From: an uncultured Candidatus Saccharibacteria bacterium
GTDB lineage: Bacteria > Patescibacteriota > Minisyncoccia > Phycocordibacterales > UBA6899
Direction: 5' to 3'
Assembly (NCBI GenBank): GCA_964386905.1
Contig: CAYLUP010000004.1
Coordinates: forward strand, 1-61,356
Length of the DNA stretch: 61,356 bases
The first letter of the stretch is position 1. Each line of letters opens with the position of its first letter. The notes under the pieces were generated by a model, which was not told where the DNA came from, searched no databases, and was given only the letters and a program-made list of their open reading frames with translations. The translations under genes and the position numbers were made by a program. Of this stretch, positions 47,706-55,950 are shown piece by piece.

Positions 47706-50267
47706 ATGGAGCACACACATATACATCGGACAAAGAAGAAGCTTGGGAAAATGTATTGGTTTCAATATATTCTCACATGGTTCTTCCTTCTTATGACGCT
47801 TTGTACAAGTGTTTTTCTTGTTTGGGCACTTACACTTCGTATTCCAGATTTCCAACTTCTTGATACACGTTTTCGTGCACAATCGACAAAGATATTTGAT
47901 CGCACTGGGGAACAAGTGCTTTATGATGTGTATGGAGATGTGCAACGCACTATTATTCCACTTGAAAGTATTCATAAGAATATTCAAGATGCAACTATCG
48001 CTATTGAAGATGCGGAATTTTATCAGCATTACGGCATAAAACCACGTGCAATCCTTCGCTCCGTTTTTGTGAATGTGACATCTGGGGAATATGCACAGGG
48101 AGGGTCGACGATTACTCAGCAAGTTGTAAAAAATGCACTCCTTACACAAGAAAAGACAATTACACGAAAAGTGAAAGAGTGGATTCTTGCAATAAAACTC
48201 GAGAGAGTGAAAACAAAAGAAGATATTCTCGAGTTGTATTTAAATGATGCCCCGTATGGAGGAACGCTTGTTGGGGTAGAGGAAGCGTCACTTGGGTATT
48301 TTAATAAACATGCAAGTAATGTAACTCTTGCTGAGGCTGCATATCTTGCAGCACTTCCACAATCACCAACACGTTTGCGCCCACATGGAGGTAACCGAGA
48401 ACAACTTGAGAAAAGAAAAAATCTCGTCTTAAAAAGAATGAAGGAATTGGGGATGATTTCTGCACAGGAAGAGAAGAGTGCACGTGAGGAGAAGATTGAG
48501 TTTCTTGTGCCGCAAAATCTTGGTGGAAGTTTAAAAGCACCACATTTTGTCATGGAGGTGAAACAGCAACTTGAAGAAGAATTTGGTGAAGAATATGTAA
48601 AGAATGGCGGATTACGAGTTGTGACAACGCTTGATGTTGGTATGCAGAAAATTGCCGAGAATACTATCGCAAACCATCGCGATCGTATGAGTACAGATTT
48701 TAATGCCGATAACCTCGCCCTTGTAGCTGTTGATCCAAAAACAGGAGAAATCCTTGCTATGGTCGGATCACGAAACTATCAAGAAAAAGGATATGGAATG
48801 TTTAATGTGATTGTTGATGGACGACGACAACCGGGTTCTTCTTTTAAACCTATTGTATATGCTGAAGCATTTCGTCAGGGTATGCTTCCAAACACTGTTG
48901 TATTTGATGCACTCACAAGTTTTGATACGCGTTGTGATATTGATGTTCGGAATATTGAAGAACTAAACACAGAGTGTTATGTTCCAAAGAATTATGACGA
49001 TACATATCATGGGCCGGTGTCATTGCGAAGCGCCCTTGCAATGTCGTTGAATATTCCAGCAGTAAAAACGTATTATATTGTTGGGGCAAAAAATGCTCTT
49101 GGATTGGCAGAGAAACTCGGAATTACAACTCTATCTGGTGCGGACCGTTTTGGTCTCTCCCTTGTTCTTGGTTCTGGAGAAGTGTCCCCATTAGAGATAA
49201 CACAAGCGTATGCTGCGTTTGCGAATGATGGAATTGGACAAGAAACAAAAAGCATACTCCGTATTGAAGATCAAGAAGGGAATATTATTAAAGAGTACGA
49301 TTCTCAACCAAAAGAAGTTCTTGAAACACAAGTTGCTCGTTTAATAAATGATGTTCTCTCTGATAATGTTGCCCGAACACCATCTTTTGGTGCACAATCT
49401 GATCTTTATTTTTCAGACAGACAAGTTGCAGCAAAAACAGGTACAACGAATGATTCTCGAGATTTTTGGGTTATTGGATATACACCATCTCTTGTAGCAA
49501 CAGTCTGGGCGGGAAACCATGATAATAGCCCAATGATAAAAAAGACTGCAGGCTTTGCGGTTGCCCCAATATGGCATGAATTTCTTCAAAACATTTTTAG
49601 TGAGTACCCGGAAAAATATCCAAAAGAAGAACGATTTATTACCCCAGAGCCTATTGCACAAAGTATTAAACCCGCACTTCGTGGTGTATGGATGTCAACA
49701 TCGTATTACACAATAGATACACGAACAGGTTTGGTTGCAAATGAAAACACTCCAGATCAATACAAAGAACAACGAATGATTCCAAATGTATCGGATGGAC
49801 ATGATATTCTTCATTTTATTGAACGTGGAAATGTTTCTGGAAATCCACCAGTAAACCCATATCAAGATGAACAGTATCCCCGTTGGGAATTTTCTGCAAA
49901 ACGATGGCTTCAAGAGCATGGAATACCAATAAGCGCGTTGATGACAGTAACAAATACAACAGTAAGTCAAACTATTGCTCCAAAAATTGAAATCATTCCA
50001 AAAGTTGCTCAGGAAAATCTCATTCTCGCCCCTATTCGAGAGAAATATGTTATTGAGACAAAAGTGTCTTCTTCGAAAGAGATTGAACGTGTAGATTTTT
50101 TCCTTGACGGAAAATTTCTTGGAACAGTGAAAAGAGCACCATATGATTTTGCTTTCATACCTGAAGAGCATGGTTTTATGGCTGGAACACATACAATAAA
50201 GGCTGTTGTTGTAAATACGGATGGAACAGTTGGGGAAAGTGTTATGGATCAAGATTTTATTGAATAA
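47706..50267 (+). CDS. Class A penicillin-binding protein (PBP1A family) with a C-terminal Ig-like domain
   Basis: AIEDAEFY.H.G, GGSTITQQVVKN and RKVKE transglycosylase motifs; QPGSSFKP, SLN and KTGT transpeptidase motifs. Confidence 0.95.
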   Translation: MEHTHIHRTKKKLGKMYWFQYILTWFFLLMTLCTSVFLVWALTLRIPDFQLLDTRFRAQSTKIFDRTGEQVLYDVYGDVQRTIIPLESIHKNIQDATIAIEDAEFYQHYGIKPRAILRSVFVNVTSGEYAQGGSTITQQVVKNALLTQEKTITRKVKEWILAIKLERVKTKEDILELYLNDAPYGGTLVGVEEASLGYFNKHASNVTLAEAAYLAALPQSPTRLRPHGGNREQLEKRKNLVLKRMKELGMISAQEEKSAREEKIEFLVPQNLGGSLKAPHFVMEVKQQLEEEFGEEYVKNGGLRVVTTLDVGMQKIAENTIANHRDRMSTDFNADNLALVAVDPKTGEILAMVGSRNYQEKGYGMFNVIVDGRRQPGSSFKPIVYAEAFRQGMLPNTVVFDALTSFDTRCDIDVRNIEELNTECYVPKNYDDTYHGPVSLRSALAMSLNIPAVKTYYIVGAKNALGLAEKLGITTLSGADRFGLSLVLGSGEVSPLEITQAYAAFANDGIGQETKSILRIEDQEGNIIKEYDSQPKEVLETQVARLINDVLSDNVARTPSFGAQSDLYFSDRQVAAKTGTTNDSRDFWVIGYTPSLVATVWAGNHDNSPMIKKTAGFAVAPIWHEFLQNIFSEYPEKYPKEERFITPEPIAQSIKPALRGVWMSTSYYTIDTRTGLVANENTPDQYKEQRMIPNVSDGHDILHFIERGNVSGNPPVNPYQDEQYPRWEFSAKRWLQEHGIPISALMTVTNTTVSQTIAPKIEIIPKVAQENLILAPIREKYVIETKVSSSKEIERVDFFLDGKFLGTVKRAPYDFAFIPEEHGFMAGTHTIKAVVVNTDGTVGESVMDQDFIE

Positions 50268-50322
50268 GCGCGCAATGCGTGCTTATTCTTTTTTTTCTCA
50301 GAATTTCAAGTACTATACAGGT

Positions 50323-50589
50323 ATGGAGAACTCCAAAAACCCATTACAAGGCCTTCTACAGCAATACACGAAGCAGATCGAGCGTGTGCATGAGGAAAAA
50401 CAGCAGATTATTCGTATATGCTCAGAGGTTTGCGGGATAACACTAAAAGAATCGGAGATTGAGATTGAAGGGAGTGTTCTTCGTATATTGACACATCCAG
50501 CGAAACGACAAGTATTATTTATGAAAAAACCAGATATTCTCCACATGCTCCAAACTACACATTTTCCTTCTCTTCGAGATATATGTTAG
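50323..50589 (+). CDS. Small hypothetical protein, possibly DUF721/DciA-like
   Basis: 88 aa helix-strand-strand-helix pattern (EIEIEGSVLRIL...KRQVLFMKK..IL..L). The family call is inference. Confidence 0.5.
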   Translation: MENSKNPLQGLLQQYTKQIERVHEEKQQIIRICSEVCGITLKESEIEIEGSVLRILTHPAKRQVLFMKKPDILHMLQTTHFPSLRDIC

Positions 50590-50626
50590 TTTTGCTTTCC
50601 ATTCTGTCATTTGCTAGTATTGAGGA

Positions 50627-52030
50627 ATGAAGAAATACACCAAAGAAGAAGCAGAGCATATTGTACAAGAGCTTTTGACGCGAGGCGTTGGTACATTTGT
50701 TGATCCTGGTGACACTTTTCGAAAGAAACTTATTGCAAAAGCGCTTGGTGAATATCAAAAGCCCATTCATATTAAGTTTGGTGTTGACCCAACAAAGCCA
50801 GATATACACCTAGGACACGCTGTGGTCCTCAGGAAGCTGCGTCAGATGCAGGATTTGGGGTGTCATGTCATTTTTTTGATTGGAGACTACACAGCCCAAA
50901 TTGGTGACCCAACAGGAAAGAATAAAACACGACCAGATATTGAACAATCTGCTGTTGAAGAGAATATGCATACCTATCTTGCACAGGTTGGGAAAATCTT
51001 ACGAACAGATACTGAAGTCTTTTCTTGGATTCGGAATTCAGATTGGTTTGTGAGTCCAACAGATATCCTTCTCCCGGATGATGCTGTTGTGGAATTTCAT
51101 CAAGATCAAACCCACCTACGGCTCCCACCACAGTCTTTGATGGGAAAGATGGCTGCATACCAAGAGACGCGCATGCAAGCAAAGAAAGGATCTGGTGTTG
51201 TTCATACTGTTTCTTTGACAAATCTTTTGTGGGTAATCAAGCATATTACCCTTGCTCAACTATCTGAACGGGATATGTTTCAGAAACGTATTCATGAAGG
51301 GGAGTCTTTGCATATGCATGAAATGTTATATCCAGTTATTCAGGGGATTGACTCCGATGTTCTCGCGCGTATTTATGGGAGTTGCGATCTTGAAGTTGGT
51401 GGGACAGATCAAACATTTAATTTATTGATGGGAAGAAGGGTGATGGAAATGAATAAGCGCGAACCCCAAGCGGTTTTATCTTTTGAATTACTTGTTGGAT
51501 TGGATGGAAAAGAAAAGATGAGTAAATCATTAGATAATTACATAAGTATTATTGATACCCCCACTGAAATGTTTGGAAAAGTAATGTCATTATCTGATGA
51601 GATGATGCCAATATACTATACATTATGTACTTTTACTCCAATTGAAGAGATTGGGCGTATTGAAAAGCGTATTCAAGCTGGTGAATTGCATCCAAAACAA
51701 GCGAAGCAAGAACTCGCACAACAGATTACTGAAATGTATTATGGGCAAGAGGATGCACGGAAGGCACGCGAAAATTTTGATGCAACGTTTCAAAAAGGTG
51801 GTGTTCCAGAAGAGATGACTACTGTCTCTTGTAGGTCAGGAAGTGTTCTTGTTGATGTCTTACTTGCGCATCATATTGTTGAATCAAAAACTGAATATCG
51901 ACGTCTTCTTGAGGCTGGCGCAGTAAAACGAAATGGTGAGGAAAAGATTATTGATCCATTTCTTACAGTAACAGAGATGCTTATTGTGAAGGTAGGAAAA
52001 CACCGTTTTGTAAAAATTGTTATTGAGTAA
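50627..52030 (+). CDS. tyrS: Tyrosine--tRNA ligase
   Basis: GVDPTKPDIHLGH, YPVIQGID, GGTDQTFN, KMSKS and a C-terminal S4 domain. Confidence 0.96.
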   Translation: MKKYTKEEAEHIVQELLTRGVGTFVDPGDTFRKKLIAKALGEYQKPIHIKFGVDPTKPDIHLGHAVVLRKLRQMQDLGCHVIFLIGDYTAQIGDPTGKNKTRPDIEQSAVEENMHTYLAQVGKILRTDTEVFSWIRNSDWFVSPTDILLPDDAVVEFHQDQTHLRLPPQSLMGKMAAYQETRMQAKKGSGVVHTVSLTNLLWVIKHITLAQLSERDMFQKRIHEGESLHMHEMLYPVIQGIDSDVLARIYGSCDLEVGGTDQTFNLLMGRRVMEMNKREPQAVLSFELLVGLDGKEKMSKSLDNYISIIDTPTEMFGKVMSLSDEMMPIYYTLCTFTPIEEIGRIEKRIQAGELHPKQAKQELAQQITEMYYGQEDARKARENFDATFQKGGVPEEMTTVSCRSGSVLVDVLLAHHIVESKTEYRRLLEAGAVKRNGEEKIIDPFLTVTEMLIVKVGKHRFVKIVIE

Positions 52031-52101
52031 AAGTTTCCTTAGAAGCGAAAGTGTATTATGGGCTTCCTGTTCATTATTCACTTTTCACTAATCACTATAC
52101 A

Positions 52102-52635
52102 ATGTCAGGACATAATAAATGGGCACAAATCAAAAGACAGAAAGGTGCCGAAGATGCCAAAAAGAGTAAGATTTTTGGAAAATATGGTTCATTGATTGCT
52201 AATGAGGTTAAAAAACAAAAAGGTGATGTGAATGCTGCATCAGTTCGTGCACTTATTGAAAAAGCAAAGAAAGAAAACATGCCAAAAGATACTATCGATC
52301 GTGCTTTGAAAAAGGGACAGTCGAGTGATATGGAAGAGGCGGAGGAGTTGGTGTATGAGGCATATGGACCAGGTGGGTGTGCAATGATTATTGTTGCTTT
52401 TTCCTCAAATCGAAACAAGGCGGCGCAGGAAGTAAAACACATCCTCTCAAAAAACAATATTTCTCTTGCCTCTGCGGGTTCTGCTGCTTGGGCGTTTACA
52501 CGGAACCCAGATGGGGAGTATGTTCCAAATTCAACAATGGATTTAAGTGATGATGATCTTCAAGCCCTCTCAAAAGTTGTTGATGAGTTGGAGGCAAATG
52601 AAGAAGTGCAAGATGTGTATACAAATGTAGAATAG
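52102..52635 (+). CDS. yebC: YebC/PmpR family protein (short form)
   Basis: MSGHNKWAQIK, YEAYGPGG, SNRNKA, GSAAWAF and EEVQDVYTN; 177 aa. Confidence 0.92.
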   Translation: MSGHNKWAQIKRQKGAEDAKKSKIFGKYGSLIANEVKKQKGDVNAASVRALIEKAKKENMPKDTIDRALKKGQSSDMEEAEELVYEAYGPGGCAMIIVAFSSNRNKAAQEVKHILSKNNISLASAGSAAWAFTRNPDGEYVPNSTMDLSDDDLQALSKVVDELEANEEVQDVYTNVE

Positions 52636-52742
52636 TCATGAGTCATGAGAAAAAACAGCACACGCTGTTTTTTCTTATACGTTCATTATTTCGTATTTCT
52701 CTGTTCACTCATTACTTTTCACTATTCACTTTATTCAGTTCT

Positions 52743-52846
52743 GAGTTGCTTGGAATAGTTTTAGTTAAAGTTTTAGTTTATACAAAATACTCATACCGTC
52801 CTGGATTGCCACCAACTCTCGAAGACTCGAGGTTGTCGCAATGACA
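52743..52846 (+). repeat. Palindromic intergenic repeat, copy 1
   Basis: 43-bp exact match (52804-52846) to the reverse complement of 55406-55448; similarity extends ~100 bp. Confidence 0.9.
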
Positions 52847-52983
52847 ATACGAGGCACACGTACTTACATCTTCATTCATAAATCATAAATCTCTTTTTCT
52901 AATCACTAATCACTTATCACTATTCACTTCTTCTTATCCACCATCCACTATCCATCGCATTCCCAACGTGCTATTCTTCCACT

Positions 52984-53472
52984 ATGAGGGCTATTGCAAT
53001 TGATCCTGGTTTTGGAAGATGTGGTGTTGCTGTTGTTGAAGAAACGAAACAATTATCTCGTGTATATTCAACATGTTTAGAGACGACAGGAAAAGAAAAG
53101 AATACAAAGCGCATGTATACGATTGTGTCGACTGTAGAAAAACTTATACAAACATATCAACCAGATGTTTTTGTGATAGAAGGATTATTTTTTTCAAATA
53201 ATCAAAAAACCGCTCTTCAGGTAGCAGAGGTTCGTGGTGCGTTGTTGTATATTGCTGAGAAATATGCACTCCCAATTTATGAAATACATCCAAGTGCAGT
53301 AAAAATTGCACTAACGGGGTTTGGAAAAGCAACAAAAGTTCAGGTTATGTATATGGTGAAACAACTCCTTTCTCTTTCGGATGAGAAACGTGTTGATGAT
53401 GAGTATGATGCTCTTGCACTTGGAATCGCTGGTCTTGCCGAGTGTGTACATCAAAAAAAAGTGGGCCAATAG
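52984..53472 (+). CDS. ruvC: Holliday junction resolvase RuvC
   Basis: AIDPG, VIEGLFFSNN, KIALTGFGKATK and DDEYDALALG. Confidence 0.95.
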   Translation: MRAIAIDPGFGRCGVAVVEETKQLSRVYSTCLETTGKEKNTKRMYTIVSTVEKLIQTYQPDVFVIEGLFFSNNQKTALQVAEVRGALLYIAEKYALPIYEIHPSAVKIALTGFGKATKVQVMYMVKQLLSLSDEKRVDDEYDALALGIAGLAECVHQKKVGQ

Positions 53473-53568
53473 TGAAGATATATTACACTATCCACAGGCA
53501 TGTTTGTAAAAGGTGCACAAGTGTAAAATTCAGTGGTATATTCCAGTTAATCTATTCAATAAATTCAA

Positions 53569-53952
53569 ATGAACACCATGAGTGATGATGTTGTAGGGGT
53601 AATCCCAGATGATAATCTTGATGATGAGACACAGGGTTTTGGTCCAACAAGTGATGATCTTGTTGATGATGCAGATGCAGATATTGTTGCAATTGACGAC
53701 CTTGATGTTCTCGCAGATGAAGCGGAACACCCTCTTGAGGATGATGGATTTTTGTTTGAAGATGATGAGCTTCTTGGGCAAAAGAAGAAGAAAAAGAGTG
53801 AGGTTGCTATAGAAGATGAAGAGCTTGCAGAAGTTGGAATCATTGAAGATGTGGAAGAGGAGGAAGACGATGAAGATTTCTTTGGTGATGAAGATGATGA
53901 GGCACGTTATAATTATCGCGCAGAGGAAGATCTTTTAGATGAAGGATTTTAA
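53569..53952 (+). CDS. Extremely acidic low-complexity protein with a KKKKK tract
   Basis: 52 of 127 residues are D/E by hand count; followed by a hairpin terminator at 53953-53985. Confidence 0.75.
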   Translation: MNTMSDDVVGVIPDDNLDDETQGFGPTSDDLVDDADADIVAIDDLDVLADEAEHPLEDDGFLFEDDELLGQKKKKKSEVAIEDEELAEVGIIEDVEEEEDDEDFFGDEDDEARYNYRAEEDLLDEGF

Positions 53953-53990
53953 AAAACACAACCCCCTATATGGGGGTTGTGTTTATATTC

Positions 53991-54148
53991 TTACTCTTAC
54001 CCTCAATCGATTACCACAAACCGGAGTATGTGGTGAAATGCATTCCTGAGGAGATCCCCAGCAACAGTCGCTAGGCGCTGAACCAAGAAATCCTTGGATC
54101 TACATCATGGAAGCCTGTGGGGCTCTAATCGCTTGAGGGTAAGAGTAA
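53991..54148. ncRNA. Putative rod-shaped structured ncRNA (6S-like candidate)
   Basis: 23-nt terminal arms TTACTCTTACCCTCAATCGATTA and TAATCGCTTGAGGGTAAGAGTAA pair with one mismatch, with internal helices. Strand unresolved. Confidence 0.45.
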
Positions 54149-54306
54149 CAATCGTTCGGTGATTCATATACTATCACAGAATATGTAATATGTCAAGTAT
54201 TTTTCTTGGCGAGTGTGTTTTTTGGTTATTTACCCCTTGCCTGGTATACTACATACATCGTAAAGTGCGTTTATGAATCGAGTGTAATATATCATGTAAT
54301 TCTCGT

Positions 54307-55323
54307 ATGTCAAGTGATTTTTCAACACATATCCCTACTCAAAAAAGTGAAGCCATATTTCTTGATCAGCGGCTTCGTCCAGAAACATGGGATGAATATA
54401 TTGGGCAAGATCATATTAAGCAAAATTTACATATTCTTTTAACTGCAGCAGCAGAACGTGGTCATCCACCAGAACATGTCTTGTTTTATGGACCACCCGG
54501 TCTTGGTAAAACAACACTTGCACATCTCATTGCCCTAGAAACTAAAGCACAATTAAAGGTAACATCTGGTCCAGCAATAGAGAAGGTGGGGGATCTCGCC
54601 TCGCTTCTTACAAACATGAAGGCGGGTGATATTCTCTTTATCGATGAAATCCATCGACTGAACAAGATGGTTGAAGAGGTGTTGTATCCAGCAATGGAAT
54701 CAGGTGTGCTTGATATTATTATCGGAAAAGGCCCATCTGCGCGAACAATTCAATTAGAATTACCACCCTTTACATTAATTGCGGCAACAACGCGCATTGC
54801 TGCACTTTCCGCACCTCTTCGTTCACGATTTGGTGGTGGTGTGTTCCGTCTCGAATTTTATTCCGAAGAAGAAATCGCACGCATTATTACGCGCTCCGCA
54901 AATATTCTTGGTGTTTCTTTGGAGCATGGGGCAGCACTCGCAATCGCAAAACGTGCACGATTTACACCACGCACGGCAAATCATTTTTTAAAGCGAGCAC
55001 GAGATTATGCACAGGTACATAAGAAACCTTTGGATGAAACCGTTGTTCGTGAATCTCTCGCATTACTAGAGATTGATGGGTTGGGTCTTGGGACACCAGA
55101 TCGAGAACTTCTTAGTGTGATGATTGAAAAATTTAACGGTGGCCCTGTGGGGTTGAATACTCTTGCTGCGGCAACTGCCGAGGAAATGGCGACAATTGAA
55201 GAGGTGTATGAGCCATACTTACTGAAATTAGGTTTTATTGATCGTACTCCGCGTGGACGGACTGCGACAAAAAAAGCTTATGATCATCTCGGGTTTGAAT
55301 ATGATCGCTCGGGGGATGAGTAA
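54307..55323 (+). CDS. ruvB: Holliday junction branch-migration ATPase RuvB
   Basis: LRPETWDEYIGQ, GPPGLGKTT, FIDEIHRL, TLIAATTR and EVYEPYL...RTPRGR. Confidence 0.97.
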   Translation: MSSDFSTHIPTQKSEAIFLDQRLRPETWDEYIGQDHIKQNLHILLTAAAERGHPPEHVLFYGPPGLGKTTLAHLIALETKAQLKVTSGPAIEKVGDLASLLTNMKAGDILFIDEIHRLNKMVEEVLYPAMESGVLDIIIGKGPSARTIQLELPPFTLIAATTRIAALSAPLRSRFGGGVFRLEFYSEEEIARIITRSANILGVSLEHGAALAIAKRARFTPRTANHFLKRARDYAQVHKKPLDETVVRESLALLEIDGLGLGTPDRELLSVMIEKFNGGPVGLNTLAAATAEEMATIEEVYEPYLLKLGFIDRTPRGRTATKKAYDHLGFEYDRSGDE

Positions 55324-55405
55324 ATAGTGATACGTGATTAGTGAACAGGGAAATACAGAGGTTAGTACATGGTGGGTGCGTAATTCCAGGCGAAATACAA
55401 CGCAC

Positions 55406-55515
55406 TGTCATTGCGACAACCTCGAGTCTTCGAGAGTTGGTGGCAATCTAGGACTGTGTTGGTATTTCGCATGAACTAAAACTAAAACTGTAGCTAAAAC
55501 TATCTCAGGCAATCT
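55406..55515 (-). repeat. Palindromic intergenic repeat, copy 2 (inverted)
   Basis: Reverse complement of 52743-52846. Confidence 0.9.
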
Positions 55516-55626
55516 AGGGTGGTGGTAATATAAATTGTGGACTACAAAGACAGACCAAAATGGTCTGTTTTTGTAATAACAATATATAATTCTTTTTACT
55601 CCATTCCTCACTTTTTCTTTCACTCC

Positions 55627-55875
55627 CTATTCGAACATGTTTTGAGTGTCAATGGAAGGTGTGGGGATAGTTTGTTCGAATGATATAGTATTTTTAGGAA
55701 AGTTCATTTTATGAGGTTTGTATGTTGCATTCCAGCCATCCTGTTCAACCCTCCCTCTTCTCTTCCCGAGAGCTTGCACGTCTTCATACGAAGCGCCCAC
55801 ATACTCTCGAGCTTGTTGTGGACGAAGAATCGCCACAACAAAACCCCGTTCATACGCCTGAAGGACTCGTTCCAT
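55627..55875 (-). CDS. Possible small orphan protein (82 aa)
   Basis: MERVLQAYERGFVVAILRP... fills an otherwise empty gap; weak GAAGG upstream. Confidence 0.35.
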   Translation of the reverse strand: MERVLQAYERGFVVAILRPQQAREYVGASYEDVQALGKRRGRVEQDGWNATYKPHKMNFPKNTISFEQTIPTPSIDTQNMFE

Positions 55876-55950
55876 TATTTGACCTTCATGAGGTCTCGTA
55901 AGACAATATGCGCCCGAATGGGCGCTTTTTTCATGTGTTATGATAAAGCA

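Noticed and set aside
53991-54148. SRP RNA, tmRNA or RNase P RNA
   Set aside because: No GNRA-capped AGG...AGCAG helix, no tRNA-like ends, and too short for RNase P.
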